Shown here one piece after another: positions 8,744 through 16,987 of a stretch of 64,000 nt of DNA; position 1 is the first letter of the stretch; every line of letters starts with the position of its first letter. The DNA lies in NCBI GenBank assembly GCA_018669975.1, contig JABHSK010000002.1, positions 73,293-137,292 on the forward strand, in the 5' to 3' direction. The DNA comes from Candidatus Parcubacteria bacterium. GTDB taxonomy: Bacteria; Patescibacteriota; Patescibacteriia; UBA1558; GWA2-36-10. Below the pieces are notes generated by a model. The model did not search any database. It saw only the letters and a program-made list of their open reading frames with translations, and had not been told where the DNA came from. The position numbers were made by a program, and so were the translations under genes.

Positions 8744-10430
8744 TAGAAAAATTTAAGCTAATATTAGTATCATTTTTGATCATTTTGGTGGCCTTGTCCA
8801 CTCCTACCAAACAAGGAATTTGTAATTCTCTAGCAACAATGGCCGCGTGAGACAACATCCCACCTCTTTCCACCACAATTCCCTTAACCAGGGGGAAAAC
8901 TATTGACCAACCAGGATCAGTCTGCCTAGTGACTAAAATTTTATTCACATAGTCAGCCTTAGGATCAAAGTCGGTCAGCACCAAAGCAGTGCCGCTAACT
9001 ATATCTTGATCTATTCTAGAGGCGACTGATCCGGATAGTGATGTTTTGTCAACTGAATGACTGATTTTATGTAAAAATTCTTTTTCTTTTTCACAAATAG
9101 CTTTTCTAGTTTCTATTCTACGTGGTAAATCAATTTCTCGCCAGGCATCCCCTGCTATTTGTCGCTGATTTATTAATTTTTCAACCTGTTCTCTGTTCAT
9201 TTTTTTATCAATCAAAGAAAATATCTCTCCAATTTTTAAATAAAATATATCTCGCTGTGATTTTAATAAGTTCTGCTGAGACAATCTATCCCCCATCTCT
9301 AAAAACACCCTCCTGGCAAAACCAAAAATTAAAGTGCGCTTAAATCTAGTCTCTTCCCGACGACGAATTGAATTAACAGACCACTTAACAATAAATTTCA
9401 ACAATGCTTTTTTAAACACTGAGCAATTTTTATAATCTAAAGTTTGAATATTGCCAGCAGATCCCACATGATTACTATTATTCCTATCACTAACCACTAT
9501 CTTTTGTAAGAAACTAACAAATACCTGTGGAGATTCTTGCAATGTAATTGCCTCCAATTTTAATTCATTAGGTGATCGACTACCAAACTTTTTTAAATAC
9601 TGAAAAATTATCTGACTAACTTTATTGTCTTGAAATTGACTATTCAATTTATCCCAAACAAAATTTTCATCACTATTTTTAAACAACTCACGTAGATCAC
9701 TATCTGCTTTTATTTTTTGACTAATCTTAATGACCTCTAAGCCTGGATCCAACGAAATTAATGAACTGTGTGATTGCATCCTTAGATGATTATAAACGTT
9801 ATCTTCTTGAAGCCATTTTTTAAAAAGCTTATCAGCTATCCCTGTACTAATCATGACTGCTAAATCATTAGCGATTGGGACCTTCCACCTAGTTGTTAAA
9901 TCTTTAACCAAAGATAAATAAATCCTCCTGAGCCGTTTTAAATCAAAAGATTTTAAGTCTAACTTATCTGATTGCTCAAATATCTGATCAAACTTTTTGT
10001 TAAAATTATTAACTAAGACTCCCATGAAAATAAAGGTAAAAATCATTTTAACAAACTGCCAAATCATAACCGACAAATCGATAAAATACCTTTGCCAAAA
10101 ACCATACCGCTGACCATTATCATGGTCATGCTCCTTTTGCACACCAAGCATTTTTTCCAAAAAACGACGATTAAATTTATAGCCTGGCAAAAAAGAGATT
10201 AATCTATACCAATTAATCAAATCATAATACATACGATGCCCAATAAAAACTACCATCTGCCTAAACATATCATCGTTAGCCTTTATGGTACCTTGGCTAA
10301 CACCCATCATCTGACAAAAACTTTTATAAACCTCTTGATAGACATATCGAGCAAAAGAAAAAGTTAGTGGAGTTGTAATTCCTGAATAACTCTCTGCCAA
10401 ATTAGAATTGTCATAAATATTTTTAGACAT
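8718..10430 (-). CDS. PEP-synthase / rifampin-phosphotransferase-like dikinase, substrate-binding plus phosphohistidine swivel domains (no ATP-grasp, no PEP TIM barrel)
   Basis: C-terminal PEP-utilizing-enzyme mobile domain GIVVERGGMLSHAAIVARELQIPCLVGV (catalytic His). N-terminal ESYSGITTPLTFSF. The ~430-aa central region is unassigned. Confidence 0.75.
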   Translation of the reverse strand: MSKNIYDNSNLAESYSGITTPLTFSFARYVYQEVYKSFCQMMGVSQGTIKANDDMFRQMVVFIGHRMYYDLINWYRLISFLPGYKFNRRFLEKMLGVQKEHDHDNGQRYGFWQRYFIDLSVMIWQFVKMIFTFIFMGVLVNNFNKKFDQIFEQSDKLDLKSFDLKRLRRIYLSLVKDLTTRWKVPIANDLAVMISTGIADKLFKKWLQEDNVYNHLRMQSHSSLISLDPGLEVIKISQKIKADSDLRELFKNSDENFVWDKLNSQFQDNKVSQIIFQYLKKFGSRSPNELKLEAITLQESPQVFVSFLQKIVVSDRNNSNHVGSAGNIQTLDYKNCSVFKKALLKFIVKWSVNSIRRREETRFKRTLIFGFARRVFLEMGDRLSQQNLLKSQRDIFYLKIGEIFSLIDKKMNREQVEKLINQRQIAGDAWREIDLPRRIETRKAICEKEKEFLHKISHSVDKTSLSGSVASRIDQDIVSGTALVLTDFDPKADYVNKILVTRQTDPGWSIVFPLVKGIVVERGGMLSHAAIVARELQIPCLVGVDKATKMIKNDTNISLNFSNGEIIYGQ

Positions 10431-10435
10431 CCGTT

Positions 10436-11323
10436 CTAGATAAACAAACTAATGATAAAAACTATATCTGCTACCATCGCAAATAAAATTGACGTATTAA
10501 ATACTTGTTTAGCCCCTTTATTGCTAGGATGTTTGATAAATTTATAAACAAACAACATCAAGACTATACAAATACAAAAATTTATATAAAATAAACTTGT
10601 TGAAAAAAATAAATCTATCTTAATATATGACCAAAGCACTGCAAATGATAAAGCAGTCACTAAAATTGACGCACCCTTGATACCATATTGAGCAGTATAT
10701 GTATCTCTAGAGGCAATTTCCATATCTTTTGGTCTAAATTTTCTAGTCACCTCCAGTAAAAACAACTGGCTACCCAAAAATACAAATAAATACCAAAAAA
10801 ATGGGCTGTTTATTTCTGGCCAAGTAGCCCCACTCAGTGCAAAGATATAAAAAAATAAGGGTAATAATAAAATTTCATGAGAGGCAATGTACACCGTGAA
10901 GTGCTTCTTAAGCCATTTAGCAACAAAGAATTCCTTAAACATCAACAAAGAATAAAACATTGCTACTACAAACATTAATAAAGAAAATAACCCCGCAGAC
11001 AAAGAAATTAAAACTTCTAAAATTAAAATTAGCCAAACAATCTTTTTTAATTCTACCAATTTAATCAACCCCCTAACTACTGGCCTATCTGGATAATGCT
11101 CTTTATCATGATCATAATCTTTAAACTCATCAAATAACCTTAGACGAAATAAAAAAAGCCATAGGGCTAGGCTAGGCCAAACGAATGCCCATAAATTTTC
11201 CGTGCCTAAATAAAATTGAATACCCCAGGCAGCTACCAAAGAAAAAATTAAAGACAAAGGTATGAATTGCTGCAATGGAAAACGCTCTTTTAAATACTGG
11301 GCAAAGTTTTTGTAAGTCAACAT
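10436..11323 (-). CDS. UbiA-family aromatic/isoprenoid prenyltransferase
   Basis: Asp-rich motif FDEFKDYDHDKEHYPDRPVVRG (NDxxDxxxD...RPL-like). About 8 TM helices. Confidence 0.7.
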   Translation of the reverse strand: MLTYKNFAQYLKERFPLQQFIPLSLIFSLVAAWGIQFYLGTENLWAFVWPSLALWLFLFRLRLFDEFKDYDHDKEHYPDRPVVRGLIKLVELKKIVWLILILEVLISLSAGLFSLLMFVVAMFYSLLMFKEFFVAKWLKKHFTVYIASHEILLLPLFFYIFALSGATWPEINSPFFWYLFVFLGSQLFLLEVTRKFRPKDMEIASRDTYTAQYGIKGASILVTALSFAVLWSYIKIDLFFSTSLFYINFCICIVLMLFVYKFIKHPSNKGAKQVFNTSILFAMVADIVFIISLFI

Positions 11324-11329
11324 ACAAAA

Positions 11330-12091
11330 TTATAAGGTAGTTATTGGTCTGGCTTGTAAAATAAATGTTTTATCATCCTTGATGCACCATTCAATATCAC
11401 AGGGATATCCAAAATGTTTTTCTATCTTCAAACAATCATCTGATAATTGCCTTAACTGTTCATCTGTTATATTGATTTTAGATTTGGTCTGCACATCAAT
11501 CACTTTACTGGTTTTTTTATCAACTACATAACAATTCGGCGTCACCTCACCGTTAACAAGTTTATCGCCAGAGCCAGCACAAGCCTCTATTATCATTTCG
11601 TTTTTTTGTTTGGAGATAGGATTAACTGTAAAACATACTCCTGCCATATCTGCATCTATCATCTCCTGCACCACTACAGCCATGTGAATATTTTTAATTT
11701 TTATTCCCTGCTGTTTTGCATAGGCCTTCACTTTTTCAGAAGATACTGCTCGCCAACAATCCTCTACTGCAGCTAATACCTTAGACTTCTTAACATCGAG
11801 GTAACTCTCAAAAATTCCCGCCCAAGATGCTTGAGCTGAATCCTCAACCAAAGCTGAAGACCTTACTGCCGCCTTCTTCAATTTTAAAGCATCAAATCTT
11901 TCTAGAATCTCCTCACTCGTCTTTGAATCAATCTGCTTTGATCTTTTATAACGATTAAAGCTCGGTGTCAATATTACAAAACCAGGCGGAACTAAAAAAT
12001 CAGCTGATATCATGTCACCTAAAGATGCTGCTTTGCCGCCAGCTCTATTTTTATCCTTTCTATTTATTTGATATAAGTTTTTTGTATTCAT
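11330..12091 (-). CDS. stand-alone PPDK_N/ATP-grasp nucleotide-binding domain of a PEP-synthase-like dikinase
   Basis: GGKAASLGDM, VPPGFVIL, AVRSSALVEDSAQASWAGIFESY, MAVVVQEM, GVCFTVNP, IEWCIKDDKTFILQARPIT. This is a complete ATP-grasp domain that ends at the ORF stop. Confidence 0.8.
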   Translation of the reverse strand: MNTKNLYQINRKDKNRAGGKAASLGDMISADFLVPPGFVILTPSFNRYKRSKQIDSKTSEEILERFDALKLKKAAVRSSALVEDSAQASWAGIFESYLDVKKSKVLAAVEDCWRAVSSEKVKAYAKQQGIKIKNIHMAVVVQEMIDADMAGVCFTVNPISKQKNEMIIEACAGSGDKLVNGEVTPNCYVVDKKTSKVIDVQTKSKINITDEQLRQLSDDCLKIEKHFGYPCDIEWCIKDDKTFILQARPITTL

Positions 12092-12162
12092 TACTATAAT
12101 TATAACATTCTTATAAACAAAAAACTATCAACCATATCTTGACAAAATGCTTATTTTATAGT

Positions 12163-12191
12163 ATACTGCAATGTTTTCGACCATTCAAAAT
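12163..12191 (+). promoter_or_regulatory. near-consensus sigma-70 promoter (TTGACA-17nt-TATACT)
   Basis: ttgacaaaatgcttattttatagtatact immediately upstream of the zinc-ribbon gene. Confidence 0.5.
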
Positions 12192-12222
12192 CAATCACAA
12201 AACCTTAAAAAGGGAGAAGATC

Positions 12223-12591
12223 ATGGAATGCAAAAATTGTGGCCATAGCCACGACCCCTCAACCGCTAAGTTTTGTAGTGAATGTGCTACCGAATACACC
12301 CCGGAAGACAAGCTGCCTTGGATTGGCGACTGCAAAGACCGCGGGGTATTCCGCATTACCTTTGCTGCAGTTGAAGGCGAATTCGATCATGATGATGCGG
12401 CTACTGATGCTGCCAGACATTCCAATTGGAATGAAGATGATGAATTTCCCAATTTTACCCTGAAAAAGATTAGCAGTACCGTCACTGCCGCTACACACCC
12501 CTATATCTGCGGTGGCTGCGGTGACTACGTCTCCGAACACACCGATGGCAAATGCCAAGGTTGCGATGCCCAAGACTGGCAACTTCGCTAG
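12223..12591 (+). CDS. small Cys-rich zinc-ribbon protein
   Basis: MECKNCGH...CSEC ... CGGCGDY...CQGCD. Start chosen at the Met behind an AGGGAGA Shine-Dalgarno. The ORF track extends to 12139 but that stretch overlaps the promoter. Visibly GC-richer than the flanks. Confidence 0.5.
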   Translation: MECKNCGHSHDPSTAKFCSECATEYTPEDKLPWIGDCKDRGVFRITFAAVEGEFDHDDAATDAARHSNWNEDDEFPNFTLKKISSTVTAATHPYICGGCGDYVSEHTDGKCQGCDAQDWQLR

Positions 12592-12607
12592 TGACAATGT
12601 CGGTATC

Positions 12608-12634
12608 GGCGAGGTCTACGGACCTCGCCTTTTT
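12608..12634 (+). terminator. rho-independent terminator
   Basis: ggcgaggtc-tacg-gacctcgcc followed by a T-run. Confidence 0.6.
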
Positions 12635-12640
12635 ATTTTA

Positions 12641-12675
12641 AAATAAAAAGGCTCGACCTATGCCGAGCCCTACAA
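12641..12675 (-). terminator. rho-independent terminator for the peroxiredoxin operon end
   Basis: On the minus strand: gggctcgg-catag-gtcgagcc followed by tttttatttt. Confidence 0.55.
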
Positions 12676-12683
12676 AAAATATA

Positions 12684-13319
12684 TTATATTTTACCAACTA
12701 AATCTAATCCTGGTTTAAGCGTATCTTCACCTGGCTCCCAATTAGCTGGGCAAACCTGATCACCATATTTATGAACAAATTGAGCGGCCTGTAGCTTACG
12801 AAGTAACTCTTTGCTACTACGGCCAATGCCATTGTCATGTACTTCCATAGTCTTAAGATGTCCTTCTGGATCGATAATAAAAGTACCACGCAAAGCAATA
12901 CCTTCTTCCTCAATCAAAACTCCATACTTATTGCTAATCTCATGAGTAGGATCAGCTACCATAGGAAATTTAATTTTCTTAATAGTTTCACTATCATCAT
13001 GCCAAGCTTTGTGCACAAAAGCTGTATCAGTAGAAACTGACAAAACTTCAGCATTTAATTTTTTGAGTTCTTCATAGCGATCAGCCATGTCACCCAACTC
13101 AGTTGGACAAACAAAGGTGAAGTCTGCTGGGTAAAAAAATAGTATCACCCACTTACCTTTATAATCTTCCAATTTTATCTTCTTAACTTGATCCTCATAA
13201 TAGGCCTCAGCTTCAAACTCTGGTGCTAATTGCCCTATCTCTGGCGTGCAGTTTAAAAACATATCGTCATCACAACAAGAGTCTCCACCACAACACATAT
13301 TATCTTTTTTTTCTTCCAT
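12684..13319 (-). CDS. typical 2-Cys peroxiredoxin (AhpC/TSA family) with possible N-terminal Cys-rich extension
   Basis: FFYPADFTFVCPTE peroxidatic-Cys motif and C-terminal GDQVCPANW resolving-Cys motif. The first 20 residues (MEEKKDNMCCGGDSCCDDD) may be an artefact if the true start is the internal Met (MFLNCT...). Confidence 0.85.
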   Translation of the reverse strand: MEEKKDNMCCGGDSCCDDDMFLNCTPEIGQLAPEFEAEAYYEDQVKKIKLEDYKGKWVILFFYPADFTFVCPTELGDMADRYEELKKLNAEVLSVSTDTAFVHKAWHDDSETIKKIKFPMVADPTHEISNKYGVLIEEEGIALRGTFIIDPEGHLKTMEVHDNGIGRSSKELLRKLQAAQFVHKYGDQVCPANWEPGEDTLKPGLDLVGKI

Positions 13320-13350
13320 AATTTTATGTATTATTTTTTATTAAAATTAA

Positions 13351-13965
13351 TTATTTTGCTGCTTGATAAAATTCAGCTACTCTTGACCAATTGATCACCT
13401 GCCAAAAATTATCTACAAATTCAGCTCGTTTATTCTGATATTTTAAATAATAGGAATGTTCCCAAACATCGATGCCTAAAATAGGCTTTTGTCCCAATGA
13501 ATATGGACTATCTTGATTACCAGTCTTACTGATTTGCAATTTACCATCAGCTACCACTAGCCAGGCCCAGCCTGAACCAAAAACTGTCATAGCAGCTTGA
13601 GTAAACTCTTCCTTGAATTTATCCCAATTGCCAAACGTTTTTTCAATATCAGCCAGTAAATCCCCTTCTGGTTTTACATTTTTATTATCTGGTCCCATAA
13701 TCTGCCAAAAAAATCCATGATGGACATGTCCACCGCCATGGTTTCTAACAGCTAGCCTAATTTCCTCTGGCACACTGTCCAAATCTGCTAAAATTTCTTC
13801 GGCTGATTTCTTGTATAAATCTGGATACGCTTCCAGGGCTTTATTAAAGTTAGTTGTATAAGCAACATGATGCTTATCATGATGAATTATCATTGTCTCT
13901 TCATCAATATATGGCTCCAATGCATTATAATCATAAGGCAATGAAGGTGTTTCAAATTTTTTCAT
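13351..13965 (-). CDS. Fe/Mn superoxide dismutase
   Basis: HHDKHH and DVWEHSYY motifs. Length 204 aa. Confidence 0.9.
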   Translation of the reverse strand: MKKFETPSLPYDYNALEPYIDEETMIIHHDKHHVAYTTNFNKALEAYPDLYKKSAEEILADLDSVPEEIRLAVRNHGGGHVHHGFFWQIMGPDNKNVKPEGDLLADIEKTFGNWDKFKEEFTQAAMTVFGSGWAWLVVADGKLQISKTGNQDSPYSLGQKPILGIDVWEHSYYLKYQNKRAEFVDNFWQVINWSRVAEFYQAAK

Positions 13966-13976
13966 GAATTTATTGA

Positions 13977-14561
13977 TTAATATTCTTCAGATTTAACCTG
14001 ATAATAGGCTTGCGGATGATCACAAGACGGACATTCATCTGGCGGAGTCTCACCAACATGAATATAGCCACACTCGCGACACACCCAAACTGTTTGTTTT
14101 CCCTTTTTAAATAATGTTTTCTTTTTTAATTGCTCCAATAATTTTTTATAACGCTCTTCATGGTGTTCCTCAGCAATAGCTATTGATTCGAATCTCTTGG
14201 CAATGTCATCCAAGTCTTCCTCCTTGGCTACCTTAGCAAATCCTGGATACATGTCTGTATATTCATAATTTTCACCATCAATAGCAGACTGTAAGTTCTC
14301 TTCTGTGTTACCGTAAATAGTCCCCGCCTTGGCCTCAACATACATCTCTGAAAAATCCTCGCCTAATTTTTCCTTGAGCTCTTGAATGTGCTCAAACAAT
14401 CGTTTAGCATGAACCTTTTCTTGCTCAGCTGTTTCTGCAAAAACAGCAGCAATCTGCTCATATCCTTCCTTTTTAGCAACCTTTGAATAATAGGCATACT
14501 TATTTCTAGCCTGTGACTCACCAATAAAAGCCTTTACTAAATTGTCTAATGTTTTTTTCAT
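13977..14561 (-). CDS. rubrerythrin
   Basis: N-terminal ferritin-like di-iron helices (E...H pairs) and a C-terminal rubredoxin-like CRECGYIH...CPSCDHP. Confidence 0.85.
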   Translation of the reverse strand: MKKTLDNLVKAFIGESQARNKYAYYSKVAKKEGYEQIAAVFAETAEQEKVHAKRLFEHIQELKEKLGEDFSEMYVEAKAGTIYGNTEENLQSAIDGENYEYTDMYPGFAKVAKEEDLDDIAKRFESIAIAEEHHEERYKKLLEQLKKKTLFKKGKQTVWVCRECGYIHVGETPPDECPSCDHPQAYYQVKSEEY

Positions 14562-14567
14562 AATAAT

Positions 14568-15587
14568 TTATTTTACCTTATTTATATGTTTATTCTTTAT
14601 AAAAGCTTTAATATTGTCAATTGTAGTATCAAGAATCCTCTGCAGTGCTTCATCAGAATTAAAAGCATTATGAGGCGTCACCAGCACACGAGGATCTTGG
14701 ATCAACAGATGACCCTGCAAAATGGTTTTCAAATCACAGCTTTTTTGAAAAGGTTTAGTTAGAAGCTCTTTTTCTTCTTTAATAAAACATTCCTCCTCTA
14801 AAACATCTAGACCTGCACAGGAAATAATTTTTTTATCTAACGCGGTAATTAAAGCTTGAGTTTCAACTAGGCCGCCACGTGCTGTATTAATTAAACAGGC
14901 TCCTTTTTTAATCAATTTAATATTACCTTTATTTATTAGGTGGTGAGTCTTTTTATTATATGGTGCATGTAGACTAATAACATCGGAGTTAGCTAGAAGT
15001 TTTTCCAAACTTACATACTTAATACCCAACTGCTTAGCTAACTTAGCATCTTTTCGAGTATCGGCTACAATTACTTTCATTTCAAACCCTTTGGCCATTC
15101 TGGCTACATGTTGACCGATGTGCCCCAAACCAACAATGCCTAAAGTTTTTCCCTTTAAATCAAAGCCCCGGACATCAGATAAATCAAAATCATAATTTTT
15201 CATCTTCTCTATTGACCTTGGTACATGTCGAGATAAGGACAGCATTAAAGCCATAGTATGCTCAGCTACGGTATTTTCTCCATAAAAAGGTACATTGCTA
15301 ATTGGAATTTTTTTAGATCGACAAGTTTCTAAATCAATATGATCAAAACCAGTAGACATGGTGGTAATAAACTTTAAATTTGATAACTGATCTATAATCT
15401 GTTTATCCACTTGAGAATATATAAATACTGCCAATACATCTGAATTCTTTATCTTCGGCAGCATAGCTTTGGTCAGTGGCTTTGAAAAAAAGTTGAGGGA
15501 TAAATTTTTAATATCACTTAATTTTTCTTCTAGATATTTTTGTTCCCACTTTTCTGTTTCCAAAAAACTTATATTTAACTTTGGCAT
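14568..15587 (-). CDS. D-isomer-specific 2-hydroxyacid dehydrogenase (NAD-binding)
   Basis: GIVGLGHIGQHVARMAKGFEMKV Rossmann motif. Catalytic-domain layout of D-LDH/PGDH/GDH-like enzymes. Confidence 0.8.
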   Translation of the reverse strand: MPKLNISFLETEKWEQKYLEEKLSDIKNLSLNFFSKPLTKAMLPKIKNSDVLAVFIYSQVDKQIIDQLSNLKFITTMSTGFDHIDLETCRSKKIPISNVPFYGENTVAEHTMALMLSLSRHVPRSIEKMKNYDFDLSDVRGFDLKGKTLGIVGLGHIGQHVARMAKGFEMKVIVADTRKDAKLAKQLGIKYVSLEKLLANSDVISLHAPYNKKTHHLINKGNIKLIKKGACLINTARGGLVETQALITALDKKIISCAGLDVLEEECFIKEEKELLTKPFQKSCDLKTILQGHLLIQDPRVLVTPHNAFNSDEALQRILDTTIDNIKAFIKNKHINKVK

Positions 15588-15600
15588 GGTTTTATATTAT

Positions 15601-15972
15601 TTAATATTTATTTTTACACTTGTTACAATCCCCAAAAAAATTAACCTGATAATTATTAATCTTACCTGCTTTAACATTTTTTGGGAAATTTATACTTTTA
15701 TCAAAATTAGGCATATCAAAAACCTGTTTACAATCCTGGCAAATAAAATGTGTATGATGATCTAAATCTGCATCATAGTGACTGACGTCTGAAACAATCT
15801 CTTTAACTAGATTTTCCTGCGAAAAGTTCTTGAGAATTCTATAAACAGTAGCCTTACTAATAGTAGGCAATTTTTTTCTTATTGCTAAATAGACTTGATC
15901 AACAGACGGGTGTGTTTTAACACCTTGCAAATGATCTAAAATCACTTGTTTTTGTATAGTATTTCTTTGCAT
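15601..15972 (-). CDS. Fur-family transcriptional regulator, likely PerR
   Basis: Winged-helix N-terminus, HHTHFICQDCKQVFD and a C-terminal CNKC metal site. Heads an operon of peroxide/superoxide defence genes. Confidence 0.8.
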   Translation of the reverse strand: MQRNTIQKQVILDHLQGVKTHPSVDQVYLAIRKKLPTISKATVYRILKNFSQENLVKEIVSDVSHYDADLDHHTHFICQDCKQVFDMPNFDKSINFPKNVKAGKINNYQVNFFGDCNKCKNKY

Positions 15973-16018
15973 TATCCTTATTGATAATAATTCCTAATTA
16001 CATTCTATTATCAATAAG
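15967..16018. promoter_or_regulatory. perfect 13-bp inverted repeat (CTTATTGATAATA / TATTATCAATAAG): candidate PerR/Fur operator in the operon promoter
   Basis: Read directly just upstream of the Fur-family gene start. Contains a Fur/PerR-box-like TGATAATAAT. Confidence 0.45.
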
Positions 16019-16077
16019 ATATTTTGTCAATACAAAAAGCCGCTCCCCTCTAGAACGGCTAATTGATGATAAATATT

Positions 16078-16638
16078 TTATTCAAAAATTATTGGCACAG
16101 TTAACTCATCAGCATTAGCTGGTAATCCAGATGGGTTGTCTTTTTTTAATACCAAAGTACCCTTACCCTCTGTTGGACCCTGATATTCTAGTTCTGCTTT
16201 AAATTCAACAAAATCTTCTGTCATCCAATCTGATTGAGCGGTAGCTATGCCCTCGGCTATTACTTGCCCCTTATACAAAACAACTACTGGGAAATCTCCT
16301 TCAAAAAACCAATACCCTCTAGCCTGCCCCTCTAATACCAATGGATTGCTAATACCTTGATTTGGTCGTGGTAAATCCAATCTAATTAAATCTTCCTTAG
16401 CCAAAGCATTACCAATGTCCTCTGTAAACATACTACCATCCTCGGCCTGACATTTTCTAGGATAAGATTCCATCACAGCCAGCCCAGCAGATAAACAATC
16501 ATCAAAGTCACTTATCACTGGCTTGTCTTTTTCATTCTCAATATACCTCTGTCCAAAAATAACACCATAAACTACAGCCGCTATTACTAAGATAATAACA
16601 AAAAATATTTTTAAAAATCCTCTATTGTTCACTTTCAT
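16078..16638 (-). CDS. membrane-anchored / secreted hypothetical protein
   Basis: N-terminal TM or signal-anchor (FLKIFFVIILVIAAVVYGVIF) and a soluble C-terminal domain. Confidence 0.4.
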   Translation of the reverse strand: MKVNNRGFLKIFFVIILVIAAVVYGVIFGQRYIENEKDKPVISDFDDCLSAGLAVMESYPRKCQAEDGSMFTEDIGNALAKEDLIRLDLPRPNQGISNPLVLEGQARGYWFFEGDFPVVVLYKGQVIAEGIATAQSDWMTEDFVEFKAELEYQGPTEGKGTLVLKKDNPSGLPANADELTVPIIFE

Positions 16639-16779
16639 AATATCTAATTAATTATTATTTACTATAAGTACATTAAGGTTAACATCTTTAGACTATATGG
16701 CAAACCCTTGACACAATTTTTTATGCATGCTAACGTCAAATGTTTACAATTGAATATCTTTCAATGAAGCAATGAACGA

Positions 16780-16833
16780 CTATCTATATTTGGACGCTTG
16801 GATAGTCGGGAGCTAGTAGCGTAACCGGCATTG
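16780..16833 (+). ncRNA. copy 1 of a tandemly duplicated ~55-nt element (candidate small RNA / cis-regulatory leader)
   Basis: ctatctatatttggacgcttggatagtcgggagctagtagcgtaaccggcattg, followed at 16850-16880 by a terminator-like hairpin (cacca...tggtg plus T-run). Confidence 0.35.
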
Positions 16834-16930
16834 AGTATTTTTATACTCTCACCAAAAACGCCTAGCCAAATGGTGTTTTTTGTAAATAAAAGCCCTTTTT
16901 ACAACACAAAATATTCGATGAGACAAAGAA

Positions 16931-16987
16931 CTATAGTCTATATTTGGACGCTTGGATTATAGGGAGTCAGTAGCGTAACCGGCATTG
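16931..16987 (+). ncRNA. copy 2 of the tandemly duplicated ~55-nt element
   Basis: ctatagtctatatttggacgcttggattatagggagtcagtagcgtaaccggcattg (about 90% identical to copy 1), followed at 17008-17042 by the hairpin acgtctca-gattaa-tgaggcgt plus T-run. Confidence 0.35.

Noticed and set aside
8718-12091. Annotating the two dikinase parts as a simple disrupted pyruvate/PEP synthase pseudogene
   Set aside because: The ATP-grasp ORF ends cleanly at the domain boundary, both ORFs are intact and long, and no PEP-binding TIM-barrel remnant is present. A functional split enzyme seems more likely, but this is unproven.
12239-12597. ORFs 12239..12463(+) and 12259..12597(-) overlapping the zinc-ribbon gene
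   Set aside because: Alternate frames of a GC-rich segment. The Cys-pattern frame is the coherent one.
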